Notes under the pieces: model-generated
The model's input: only the letters and a program-made list of their open reading frames with translations
Databases searched by the model: none
What the model was told of the DNA's origin: nothing
Origin: Utricularia gibba
Taxonomy: Eukaryota > Plantae > Magnoliophyta
DNA length: 64,000 nucleotides
Direction of reading: 5' to 3'
Assembly: GCA_002189035.1 (NCBI GenBank)
Contig: NEEC01000011.1
Coordinates: 744,001-808,000 of the forward strand
Part shown: positions 51,078 to 64,000 of the stretch, in pieces
How the letters are laid out: each line of letters starts with the position of its first letter
How positions within the stretch are numbered: position 1 is the stretch's first letter
Program-made: the position numbers and the translations under genes

Positions 51078-53351
51078 TAAGGGTATAAGATACTAGGTAA
51101 TCTCAAACTCAAACCCATTTTTAGAAAAAAAAAAAAGGAAGCATGATATTTCAACCTTTAACTTAAGCTACCGTTACATCGATTGATATCTAGGAAAAGC
51201 AAACTAACGATGCGAAACAAAATTAGAAATAACATTGCTCTACCACTGCTACCATAAAAACTGCGATTTCAAAAGAAACTAGCTTAAGGTACAAGTGGTT
51301 CAACATTTCACTAAGTCATACAGAACATAGACCAGACCATTTGTTACTACAACAAAATGGTACATGAGACTTGACTGTCACTTATATGGATTGAATACTA
51401 ACTAGGTTTTAGGAGACTTGGTTGATGACAAACTTTACTTCTCTCCTGCTTCACATGGAACACATAAAATAAGTAGTCATGCTACTATGAAATTGAAAGG
51501 CAAATCATGTAAAAAATAATTTGGATTGTTGATAAGAATACAAGCAAAGCTAACAACTATGGTATGTAAAAAAACAAGCATATAGTAAGTCCCTTAAATC
51601 TAACTTTGCTCATCTCCTAACTGTTCAAACTTAGGCATCATCCTTACTGTAAAAGCATAATTAAAACTATCTTTGCTCTCACTTTTACCAATTGAACCAA
51701 AAGAGCATCCCATACGCCAAACCACCATAAGCTTCAACCTATATCACTCTTTAGTGATCTCTTTGACCTTGTTGCTAGCTCATCTTTCTGGCCATCCAAA
51801 TCTACTGAAATGGTACCTTAGACATGTCTAAAACCTTATCATGAATCTCTTGGCAAAGCCAGGTTTCCAGGATTTTGCATCTGCACTACCTCACTTCTTA
51901 TATGTAAACAAAACAACATATAAAGCATTTCATCCACATAGTGAAAACAAACGTACAACTTTCGGGAAACTTGTCAAAAATCATGAATCATGCATCATTT
52001 TAAGCCAACACAATAGGCTTTTATTTAAAAGCAAAAACACATAAAACGGAGTTCTAGGTAAAAAGATATGAATTTTTTATTGGGATTCAAAAAACAGTTT
52101 CATAAAATAGGTCATAATCTAGAACAACTCTACTTGTAAAACTCAGAACTTTTACATCAGTTGAAATTATTGAGCAAACTTAAAAACTTCAGAAACTACT
52201 TTCAAGAAAAAAACTTTTTGAATCATGTAATTAAATTTGAAGCTATTTGAAACAGAAAAATCAAAACATTACAAATTAAAAAGTTGTTCCAGAATTGCCT
52301 CTAATAGGAAAATTCAATCTAAATAATACCAATCCTCCTACTTACTCTATCTTTGATCGAGTTCCCAAATCAATTCTAAATCAAAAGCCACCAAAAAACA
52401 ATTACTTGAAAATTAAGATTTTCTAACACATTATACCCATCTAAATTGAATTTTCCCCCTAATATTGCCTAAATGATCACCTAAAATTCATGTTGTAATC
52501 TTTTGCTTACAAGAGCTTCCATCATTTTCTTTCCTTCGTCTAAGAAAAATGCACTACTTCACAGAATTCCCCCTTTTACACTCCATCAGCTGAATTATTA
52601 TAATAATTTCACTTCAAAACACTAGTGCAACATCTTCTTGTGACAAACGTGAGTCACATTGGCGAACCTTACACATCATCCTTAAAATCCCACTAACTCT
52701 AACTTATCTTAAAATATGATGCAAGACCACAAAGTTCTAGCCATATAAGCTAAAACTCAAAGTTCTTAACATACCAAAGACATAGGATACTACGAAATCC
52801 AAAGCTCAAATCCTTTTTAGAAAAAAAAAATAGTATTTCAACCATTAACTTAAGCTACTTTTACATTGACTGATATGTAAGAAAGGCAAACTAGCAATGC
52901 AAAATAAAATTAGGCAATGCAAAATAAAATTAGGGGCAACATTGCTCTACCACTACTACCTACCATAACAACCACAACCTTGAAAGAATCTAACTTCAGG
53001 TACAAGTGGTTCAACATTTTCCTAAGTTATACAGAATATAGACAAGACCATTCGTTACCACAGAAAAATGGCACATGAGCTAGGTATAGTCAACCAAAAC
53101 AGAATAAGAGACTTGACTACCAATTGTGTGGCTTGGATACTAACTTGGCCTTAGGAGACTTGTTTGATCACAAGCTTTACTCCTCACCCCCTTCACTTGG
53201 AACAGCTAAAATACGTGATCATGCTACTATAAAATTTTAAAGTAAACCATGTAAAAAATATTTTGAATTATTGATGACAAGCCAAACAAAACCAATAACA
53301 ATAGTGAGTCTCTTAAATCTAACTTCACTCATGCCCTACCAGCTTGACCTT

Positions 53352-54662
53352 TGTTGCGTGTTGTTTCACTAACAAATTTTAAATATATAAAACGTAAGAT
53401 ACAAAAGAGTGTAGTACAAGTATCGATCTCGGGAAGTTGAGTTTTGCGAAAATTGTTTTGTAAGAAACTTTTACAAAATGTCACAGTTTTGTAAAATGGA
53501 GTTTTTGAAGTACAGAAATAAAAGTTACAACCTAAGTAATGAACCTTGACTAAGGGTTGTAGTTCCTGGAAAATGGACTCCATTTCCTCCTTTTCTCTAT
53601 CCTTGCCTCGACTTTCATTGATTCCTTCCGAATAGTTGGTTATAGGAGCAAGGAATAGCCTATTTTCCCTTACACTCTAATTGACAAGAAGGCACGAGAA
53701 TAACCTCATGTGATTCCCTCTTGGACGATTGAGAAGACAAGAGAATTGCTGTCGATTGCCTTTTAAACTGAATTGTGCGCGTGTGCCCAACTATTGCTAA
53801 TGAACAGTGGCTGCTACAAGATTACTACCTGTCCACTGTCGCGGTACCTCAATCATAAACAATTCACTACTTCCCTCGAACCGGTAGGGTTGGAGTTGGT
53901 ACTTTTCATCTTGCTCTTCATCAAAATCCACGAGAAGTGGCGTGCTACTCATGTACTATGACTAGGAGTCGTTACAGAAAAACTGCAACAAAACGCATGG
54001 AAGTATGCAAAATCCAAAATGAATTTAACGAAGAACCGAGTTTATTGCTCAAGACTTGAAAGGAAACTTCATCTACTCTCAGAAACTAAAAGAGTTTAGC
54101 CACAAAGAGCCATGGAAACAAAAACGAAAATGAAAGCTAAGGTGTTCTTTTTCCTTGGAGGAGAGAAAGAACCTAAAAGTTCTAAATCTCAAAAGAAAAT
54201 GTCAAAAGTCCGAAAATAAGTATTCCAAGTTGGTTTTATCTCACTCCCCATGTACATTAACTCCTTTTGATCCCTTCCCATCATTCCTTCTATCTTGTAT
54301 ACGTCATCAGCTTTCCTTTGTGTGCAAGTTAGTGCTCAATCATTGCTGCAGACTATGACATGCCGTAAGTCAAGGGCCTTGACTAAGGTAAAGCCTTCCA
54401 CCCACAATTTTTCCAAGTCACGTGCAAGGCACGAAATGTCAGTTTTTGACCTCTTGCAATACTCCTGCAACACTCCACGACTGTCTCTTGATATGTTTCG
54501 GTCAAAATGCACGAAAAAAACAAAGAAAATATATATAAAATAGAAAATAAGATTTTTCTAAGAAAATAAAATATTTATCAATATAAATCCTAAATTGAGC
54601 GACTTAACATTAGATTAGCATATAATAATATCTAATAAACAACTAAAAAATGACACTTAATA
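53352..54662 (-). mobile_element. Athila-like solo LTR (1311 bp)
   Basis: Perfect TSD ACCTT (53347-53351, 54663-54667); end AAAAATGACACTTAATA resembles a TGATAAGTGTC start; absent from the paralogous site near 51630. Confidence 0.8.
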
Positions 54663-57533
54663 ACCTTAGACATCATCCTTATTGTAGGAGCATGACTAAA
54701 ACTATCGTTGCTCTCACTCATAGAATTAACCCAAAGGAGCCACCGACAGGCCAAACCACCATAAGCTTAAGCCTATGTCACACTTGAGTGATATCTTTGA
54801 CCTTGTTGCTAGCTCATCTTTAACCAGTTGGAGTTTTTGAGCAAACTTAAAAACTTCAGAAACTACATTCAAAAACCTACCAAATTCAAATCCATTTGAA
54901 ACAGAAAAATGAAAAAATTACAAATTGAAAACTTATTTCAGTAATTGACTCTAATAGACAAATCAATCTAAATAATAGTAATCCTCCGACTTACTCTATC
55001 TTTGATCGAGTTCCCAAAGCAATTCTGAATCAGAAGCCATCAATGAAGAACTACCTGAAAATAAAGATTTTCTAAGACATTATATCCATCTAAATTGAAT
55101 TTCCCCCGTTCACCTAAAATTCATGTTGTAATATTCCGCTTACAAGAGCTTCTGTCATTTTCTTTCTTCTGTCTAAGAAAAATACACCGCTTTGCAACAT
55201 TTCTACTTTTATACCCCAGCAGCTGAATTATTATAATAAATCCACTTCAAACACTAGTGGCAACATCCCCTTGTGACAAACGTGAGCCATTCATTGGCAA
55301 ACCTTACATACCACCCTTAAAATTCCACTAACCCTAACTTATTTCCTTGCTGCCATCTCAAATGTTTACTAAATATATCCCATTTTACTTAGCCTAGTAA
55401 TAATATAACATTTAAACCAAGATATACTAAACTATTGGTAACCAAAGTAAATTCTATAGTAAATTAATATTAATCCTCACATGTATTGGACTGTAGTATT
55501 TGACTCAAATACATATCCAAACAATGCGGTCCAGTTGCTCACTTGATAATTTATTGTCACATAATGTTCGTCTTCTTGCTTACTTTATTTTTACTCGGCC
55601 ATTTGATAATTTATTGTCATATGATGATTGTCTTGTTGCTCACTTGATTATTTACCACTTCATTACTTGTAATCATCACTTAAAACATGTTGTTAGTTGA
55701 CACTCATGGCACCAAGAATTACTTGCACTTGAGATTTTATATTTGTAAGCACTTGACAATTATTTACTTGATAAACATATCATTCAACTCATTGCATTTA
55801 CATATAGAGGTACTGGTATTGGATCTTTGATTTTATAGGGATTAACTCTTCTCTATAACGACTGTCTTGCCATTTGTTTTCGAGGTCTAGTCTAGTCTTT
55901 TTTTTTTTGTTGAATTGGCATGTTTCAAGCTATTTTGTATTATTGTTGTTACACACTACTAGGATTCTATCCATATGCTCTTCATTGTGAGTGTTGAGAA
56001 ATTAAATAATTGATTGTGAAATTTATGGGTAAGCATTTGTATAAGGTTATCATATGAAATTTGAATTATGTCTCAATTTAGTGGAATGAATTATAAAACT
56101 TAACCTTTTTTTAATCTTCGTGTCTTTCTGATTTATTCAGTCGTTCAGTAAAGTAAGTTTGCTATCTTGTGAAAAATCGGATTTTAGTAAAAAATTATGT
56201 ATTTTATGAGGCATTAATGTAATTTTCATTTTTACTCAACATTTAAATTGGTTGGATCATATCGTTCTAAGTAAAGCAGCGCATAACTTTCTATACAACA
56301 AGTATACATGAAGCATGTTATCTATTTTTGCATTATATACATTTTTTTTTTGCAACAAGCACCTAAATATTATCACGTCGCAGATCACCCATTTTTTGTA
56401 AGATTTTGTTTACTTAAGCACTAATATGCTATATCCTACGTGGACACATCACATGGCTAACAATGCATTTGTTGTTTGTTGTAGATAATTGAAGATTGGT
56501 GTATAGAAGAGGGCGTATGTGAATTTTAAGAAATTGTTGGTGTATATCCAAAGGGATAGGACGCTAAAACTAACCATAAAGCGCGATTCAATTGGCATGC
56601 AGATGAACATGAACTTGTTTTGTTTAACTTGGTATATAATTTGTTCGAATTATTTATTTAGATGGCTACCCTTGCTTAACATTTCTATCTCAATGATGTT
56701 TCATCTGTAATTTTTTTTTATTATTATGTACACATGATGACCAACTCGGTGGGTATGGGGGGGCATTATGATTTGGTATCAAATTAAGCATTGTAGCTTA
56801 AAAATTCTTATTAAAAATATTTTGTTAACATATACATGTCGTGTTTTAAAATTACAAGTAAAATATGAGTTATCCAACTTCAACTATACCCAACTTAATG
56901 TTATGAGATTTTATCAAATAAAAATACTCTATGCTAGTGGTTAATGTACTAAATTAACTCATTGTAACCTTGTTCCATTTTTATAAATAATGAAAAAAAA
57001 TATTAAATTTTGGAACGCGCATTTGAAGCCCAAATTCACTAGTTAGTAATGAATCATATTTCTAATAAATTAAACAAGTTTATTACATATAAAAATAAGA
57101 ATTAAAAATATTGGAAAGAAAGTATTCTACCAGATTTTAGCAACTGATATTCCAATTATGCTTTTTGAGATTTATTTGAAATTGATATACAATAAAAATT
57201 GTTCTATTAAAAATCCTATGGAACTGTCAAAACATATGGGTCAAATTTTTCAAATCTGCAAATACTGTGCTCAAAATGAACTTCAACCCTTTTCATAACA
57301 TTAAATGCCTTCAGTTAAGATTTTAGAAAGCTGGTAAAGAGGAAACGAAATGATGACTCTGTAAATAAGAAAATTGGAGGTGCTCCCACATTATAGAAGT
57401 CTCCACTATTAACTTGAAAATCCTAAAAACAAGATGACCGAAAAAACTCTAAGAACAATGGAGATTTTTCTTTTTTATATGTACAATTTCTGCCAAACTT
57501 TTTTATCCATATCTCTGCTATGGAAATATATTA

Positions 57534-58119
57534 TGTTGAAAATCTGGAAGGAATGCCTGCCTACACCGGTTTGGTGTGTATACGATTATCTATTGTTTTG
57601 TGTGCAAAAGGAATTTCCACGTAAATACCCACCAGGGTAAGACCTCGTGTTAGGCTCGAGGATTCACTATGATTCGGGACACGGTACAATCAACGAAACA
57701 ACACAAAAACATTACACATGCTCATGCTGCTGCTTGATGAGTACTTCAGCAATCCGCACAGATAGAATCCTTATCTCTCATTCTGCGACCTTCTTTCTCC
57801 CACCATGGCTGTCTCTTGAAGCCACCACTCGATGCATAACTGCTATGCAACGTGAGAGTAACTGATTCACTTCTAGCCTACACATATTATTCTGGAGAAG
57901 AGCTAGACTTTTGATGTGTAGGTCATAGGTAGTAATTGATATCTATTATGTATCATAGGTACCTCGGGCATTCCCTTGGGATTCTCTTGAACTATCCTAA
58001 TCTTTTATGAGGTGTGACGGCACCCTCTTGAGGGTTCTTCAACCAAAGGTCTTGTTATGCCTTGCCTATTAGGTCCTATCCTCCCTAGGAATCTAGGGCC
58101 ATTCCCCTCAAGTAATACA
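57534..58119 (-). mobile_element. copia-type (Tork-like) LTR, apparently solo
   Basis: TG...CA termini, 586 bp, GC-richer than the flanks, ATAGTGAATCCTCGAG and CCACGTAAA motifs; no matching TSD. Confidence 0.5.
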
Positions 58120-59229
58120 AAGTTATTTCCTTCCCCATAACATGGATAGTAATTTTAGATTTGGATATTGATATCTAATTGTGGACAATCCTAGCTGAAC
58201 GTAGAGCAATGTAATCTTTCTTAATATAGTTTCTAGGCTTCGTGTGTGCCTTGTTGGTTTTTTTAAAATTAAGATTCGAAAAGACCAATTCAATACATTA
58301 CTCTTTAGTATCTGGATCTAAAAAATAATTCAATATTCAGATACAATATTTTTATAAAAGATAGATAGGATATCTAATTTATGTCTATTTGATAAATCTT
58401 TTGATTACTTTTCTTTTTTGTTTTTCTAGAGTAAAGATGTGTTTGTGCAAGTCCCTGCATCTTTTGTTATTGTACTATATTCTTTTAATATTCAATCTGA
58501 GGTATGATTTTATTTAAGGGAATATGTTCCTGGTAAATGTGCTGTTGATTAGCACCAAACCTAAGGCATATGGAAGAATCCAAGATTTGCCTCAAATACT
58601 TATAGAAAAAGGTTCAATCAAATATCATTATTCATGTATTTGTGACCGAACCTCTCAATGAGGTTATGAATGCTAAGGTTAGCGATCAAATATAGGGAAA
58701 AATGGGTTATCAGCGAAGTCAAAATACTTCTACTAGTATGGTTTATTTTATAATTCCATGAAATAAGACACAGTATAATAATAGTTATTGAATATTACTA
58801 CTTTAAAATAGCATCTCATAACTTACACAAGTGAATCAAATCTTTAGGTTTGAAGAATTACTATCAAATGTTTTAGCATTTTTGTTGGAAGAATTGTTTA
58901 ACATTTTGAACTTTGTTATTTTTTTCTTTGATTCTCGTTTGTTTTTAAACAAAAAAAAAATGTATCTCTTCATCCTATTTTCTACTTTTTTTTCTTCACA
59001 ATTTGTTTATACATAGATCTCAAGAATTGATCAAGATATAACCTTTAATCTTACAATTGCAAGGATTGATGAGCAAATAAGATAAAAAATCAGTATGCGC
59101 AACAATGTTACAAAAAACGGAGTGTGTTTCAACAAAGCAGTCATTGAGAGGAACTTTCTGAAATGTAATTTTCAAATGTGTTAGGAACATGAGCATCAGG
59201 TATATCATTTGATATTCAACTCAAAATTG

Positions 59230-60340
59230 ATACTTTAATGCATGTATAACTGGGAGAATCGAGTTGACACACGACGGGGTGAATGGAGACGTAATTGAGC
59301 AAATTCAGAAGTTGAAGGAGGGAGTTGTTGAGTCAATCAAGCAGGTAAGAGAAGATTTGATGATCAAATGAAGTGAATGACCGGTTGAAGCAACTTACAA
59401 AATTCAAATGCTGAAAGTCAATTAGATGATTTGGAAGGCATCTAGACATTTGGGTTTCTATGCCAAATGGAAGAAAAACGCATCAGCATAAATGTTGTAA
59501 CCATTGAAGCTGGATGTAGAGTTCCAATAATGCAGGTTGTCGATCTTACACAAGGTACAGAGGAGGAGTTTGTTGGAAAGGCGTATTCACGAGCAGTCGA
59601 TCCTTATGAGGTAAAAGGCCACGGATACAAATTAGATGATCAAAATATAGAACAAGAGGAAGTCCCAAGGATCATAAACTTAATGGAAAAAGACATAGAA
59701 GGAAGACTCATTAAGTTTGGAAATCTATGGATACGATTATTGTGAATGCAGGTTTTGATGATCACCAGACTCAAGCGCTCATTTCAACCATGAAGAACAT
59801 GAGGAGATCAGTGATTGTGGTTCTAATAATTCAAGAAGTCTTGTGGATTTGCCGAATTAGTATCCAGCATAGTTCATACGCTCTCCATTTAGTGAACCAT
59901 GCTGGAATTTAAACCTTTTTTTTATTTGTTTCACACATCAGAACCCTAATACCATTTTACTCAAAAACTCGAATCCCTTTGACCTGGATTTGAGTATTTT
60001 GAAGTTATTTTTGGAATGATTATTATTATTTTCAATATAAGTTAAGAAAGTAAGCCTAGGAATGAAGTAAATCCATTCAAGTCTCTAGAAAAACAATAGG
60101 CCACAAGAAGTACATTGACTCGCTTGTAATTAGATATTGAATGATTTCCCTTCAGTTTAACCTCCTCTTACGTATATCTATTTTGAGTGGATGAGTGAAA
60201 TTTATGAAGAGTGGACATGACCAAAGGGGTTAGTCTTTGAACATGAAACTTTTTTCAAAATGACTTTTTTCATATCGAAGCACTTGAAACATTGCTTAGA
60301 TTAGAGACAAACAACATCTAACTATGAAGAGTTGATAGGC
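59230..60340 (+). mobile_element. Athila-like internal fragment (gag C-terminus-like sequence plus 3' UTR and possible LTR start)
   Basis: SINVVTIEAG resembles VNAVTLRSG; GAAGAGT-TGATAGG at about 60326-60339 resembles a degenerate PPT/LTR junction. Confidence 0.4.
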
Positions 60341-62559
60341 AGTTTTGTCTTGCTTCAAAATAACGTTTTTCATCATTCTTTTGAATTTTTTTGGTGTACT
60401 TTATGTTTCACTTTACCATTAATTTCTATTCATCTTGAATCTTTTACATTAATTGGATATTTTTTATAGAGAATTTTTGTAAACTTTTAGAATATATTTC
60501 AATTAATTTGATGAAAAATGAATATCCAATAATTAGTAATTTGAGAGTGCAGGAAATTAAGTTCAAGAAGAGTTTGAAAATGAAGATTTGATCTAAAATT
60601 CGAATTATAAATAAACATTTGAAGATAATCTTATAAGATTTGAATCAAATATTTTAATAGAAGATATATAAAATATTTGATCCAAATTCATCAATCAAAC
60701 TTAATAAGAGATTTAAATCCTATATTCTATAAATATTCTTTCTCAATCATTAGAGATGTTTTTTCATCATGTGTTTCTTTTACTTTTTGTATTTTCATGC
60801 TTTTTAGTTATATAGTCAAACATGCATACATAAGAACTTATGCTGATGATTTTTAGTAAAGTCATGCTTGTCCAAGTTCCCGTATATTGTTGTTTTATTA
60901 TACTATTTGATATTTAATTTTATTTTACGTAATATTTTCCTTGCCAATGTATTTTTAATTATTACTAAACGAGAGATAGTGATATAATAGTTACTAAGTA
61001 TTACTATTTTAAAATAACAACTCTACAACTTATATAAATGAGTCAAATCATGAGTTTTACACAGACACCCGCAAGCAAGCTTTTACATGGGTAAAACCAT
61101 GTTAAAAGCTACTATTTTCCATTGTTTTATATTAATGCTTTTGTTTTATTTTTATTTACTTTAGAAAATCCAAAAATAATCATTTTTCTTTGAATATTTT
61201 ATGTTAAATAATATGTTGAATAAATCTTAAATGAGCTCTTCGAAAAATGTGGAAATAACTAATCCTCGGTAAACAATCAACCGCTTTCCAAATGTATAAA
61301 GTTTAAATTCTAATGACTTTGAGTTCTATAACCTTCCCAATAAATTACGTTGAAGTAATCATTTCTATGGTTACTTCATAAAGTTGAGGTCTTTTGTATA
61401 CACGGGAGCCTTTCCTTCATTTAATCAATGTTACTGGTAACTTGTACAGTTCACATGACCAATAAGGTATTTAATTATGAAAATTACCTGGACAGCTGAC
61501 TCTATTCTTGTCCTAGTCTACTCAAAATGTAATTTTCATGTGTTTTAATAAACTTTGGTCCGCTTATTGGATGGTATCAATGGAGATTTGCTTATTATCA
61601 TAAATTCAACTGACCCTCGCAGCCATTTTGGTGACATCAATTAAACAGTATCCATGCTTTTGAACACTACTTACTTAGTAGAGCCCATACTTTTATAAGT
61701 TGTTTTCTTAGTTAGTATCGTTCATAATTTTCAAATAAAAATAATACAATAAATGTAATAAATGTTAAAAAATAGAGAATAGATGAATAAAATAATAATT
61801 TCATATTTTTTATGACAAACTAACACCATCCAAATACATAAAAAAATAATAATGTAAATAAAATGAAATGTTGAATTCGAATATTTATGTAAATATTATT
61901 TAAAAATATTATGTAAACATTATATTATGTTTTCTGAATGTTATTTCATGATTAAAAGAATAAGCTAATATTTAATAGTGTTATTTTGCTATCATTTTTC
62001 TAGAGTATGTGCTATTTTGCATAACCGAAATATAGATGTGGTACTTTGCTAATATCTTTCGATTATTAGTGTTGGTCATTCAAGGAACAAAAAATCATGC
62101 AGCAGAATTGTGGGTATTTTTGTATTCTTTTATTGATTCTCAAACATCAATAATTATTTGATTTAATTTATTATAATAAATTTAAAAGTAAGAATACAAT
62201 TGGCATTGCGAGATCGTAAGTTTTGACTTTTTAAAAGTATTGAAGTTATGTGAATTTCATTTTGAATAATTAATTTTAAGCTAAGATTCGATTTCATATT
62301 CTTGTTGTTTTAGTTAAGCGTGGATAGGTATAAATTTGTGCATAATTTGAGAAACTCATTTAGGTTCAATCCTAATATTTCATCACAAATTGGAATGGAT
62401 CTATGTTTTCAGGTTTTTTTATTATAACACTTTTGTTGTAATGACAATACAAAAAAAGATTATCCTTTACTCATAGTATAATAGAGAAAGAGAAGAGGAT
62501 AAAGAAAATGAGAGGTTACCACTTCTGTGACTCAAGACACAAAGTATTTGTTGAGAGTA

Positions 62560-63520
62560 TTTAAGGAATAGAATCTTTGATACGAGATCCAGGACTACCT
62601 CCTCAAATATGGAAATATCCAAGTAATAAAAGAGATGATATTGGAAGAGTATATTTAAAATTGGATCCTATACAACCTTTATTGGGTCATTATCAACCAT
62701 CTGGTTTAAAAAATCATCAAAAGCATTTTGAGTATTCATGGTTTAATAAGTTTCCTTCTTGGATGGAATATTCAGAGATCAAACATTGTACCTATTATTT
62801 TTGTTTGCTAAAGAAAATAATCAAGTTGGTAATGATGACTTCACAATTCATAGTTTTTAAAATTGGAAAAAGGCGAACAATGGAAAACGTTGGATGGAAT
62901 ACTTGCTGACAGTATAATGATCACTTCATAACTGGTAATGATGTCTTCACAAAATTCTGTCGTGCATTGTTCGATCAAGCTAGTCATTTAGATAATATTT
63001 TTCAGGTTCACAGTAATGAAGAAAAGGCAAATGAATTAATTGTGATTTAAAGTTTCTATTGTAGTAGTAAAGTGCTTTAATTCTTATGGTTGTATGTTTG
63101 AGGGTCATGATGAGACGTCACCTTGAGATAATTGAGGTAACTTTTTTGAGCTATTTCAAGTTTTAGTGGAATTTAATCCCGAGATTGAGAAAGTAGTTCT
63201 TCAAAATTCCGATTAATCATAGATATGCTTCACTTCTTATTCATAAGAAATTGAGTAATTATGCTATTTGATTCAACGTTATATTTGTAAAGAAATTGTT
63301 GATTCGAAATTTGCTAAAGTGTTAATGAAACTTGCAATATTGCAAAACGAGAGCAAAGATCATTGGTGTTAAGATTTGTTGATAAGGATGGAACGCTAAA
63401 GAACCTTTTTTTTATTTGATACATGCGTCAAATAAAAAATTATGACTCTTAAGAAATTTTGAGTTCTAATTACATTTTATAATATTTTTATGCTATGAAT
63501 CTCTAATTTTTAGTAGTGGT
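62560..63520 (+). pseudogene. hAT transposase pseudogene (TTF zinc finger / DUF4371), 5' part
   Basis: RDPGLPPQIWKYPSNKRDDIGRVYLKLDPIQP...FEYSWFNKFPSWMEYS; EGHDETS...GNFFELF downstream; same class as 33750-35400. Confidence 0.85.
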
Positions 63521-64000
63521 AATTGTAGTATCATTTCTATTTTAAAGTATAAATATGAATTAAATAAATGATTTAGACCACATCATGTTTTCTAATATTT
63601 TTCTAAAAGTTAATGACAATATTATAGAACAAATCATGTCTAACTTATGTGCACTAAACCGATGACATATAATATAAGATAACCGTAGAATGCAAAAAAT
63701 GGACAAATAAGGAGATAATTTACTCTTAGATAGAAGTAGCAGCAATAGAAAAAAAAAAAAGAGTGATGTATAGAAGATGTTGAATGAATGGAAAGAAATG
63801 GCAAAAAAGTTAAAAAAATAGGAAATAGGATATACAAAATTGCGAAAGAAGAAATAGAAGGACAGTCAAATAGTTTGCACACAATGCAAAAGAATTTAAA
63901 AAAAAAAGACTAACAAGGAAAATTTCTCATCCTCCATCCCAAGAGTTCTAAGGGGGGAAATCCAAATAGACACCCTAGTAAGGAGGAAGACGAACCAAAA

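Larger units (their letters stand above)
50752..55345. repeat. diverged tandem duplication (about 50810-52734 and about 52735-55345), possibly within a Tekay/Del-type LTR
   Basis: Blocks 51100-51620 / 52800-53340, 51620-51790 / 54660-54820 and 52150-52720 / 54820-55345 are direct repeats; TGTCATGACC at 50752 resembles a Tekay LTR terminus. Confidence 0.8.

Noticed and set aside
57012-57043. Helitron 3' end (…CACTAGT)
   Set aside because: CTAGT is present but there is no convincing GC hairpin upstream and no 5' TC end or Rep/helicase sequence.
59230-59920. Endogenous pararetrovirus or other viral insert
   Set aside because: No movement-protein, capsid zinc-knuckle or RT motifs; better explained as an Athila-like gag tail.
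326-63882. Most short ORFs in the supplied track as host genes
   Set aside because: They fall in LTRs, antisense to TE pol genes, or in low-complexity AT-rich DNA; many begin at non-ATG codons and show no host-protein motif.

Overview
Plant nuclear, AT-rich, heterochromatin-like DNA. I found no intact host gene and no intact autonomous transposon. The window is a nested graveyard of elements. LTR retrotransposons: Athila-like solo LTRs, a pol-less gag-only (TR-GAG-like) element, two Angela-like LTRs, two degenerate Ty1/copia elements and a chromovirus-like Ty3/gypsy. DNA transposons: three hAT pseudogenes, a MuDR SWIM remnant and Tourist-like MITEs. Old plastid DNA (NUPTs): ndhD; ndhC-K-J; accD-psaI-ycf4-cemA-petA; petL-petG-trnW-trnP-psaJ-rpl33. 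The most notable structures are (i) a probable single, collinear LSC plastid insertion now scattered over about 27 kb, (ii) three solo LTRs nested inside each other, each with a TSD, (iii) an Angela-like LTR abutting the same site of a homologous Athila-like LTR twice in opposite orientations, (iv) a hAT whose two halves enclose plastid DNA continuous with its own flank, and (v) an old tandem duplication whose copies are reciprocal empty sites for a MITE and a solo LTR. I see no evidence of a new functional biological system; the interest is evolutionary and structural. All family and plastid-gene assignments come from remembered motifs and by-eye alignment, not database searches, and boundaries without a TSD are approximate.
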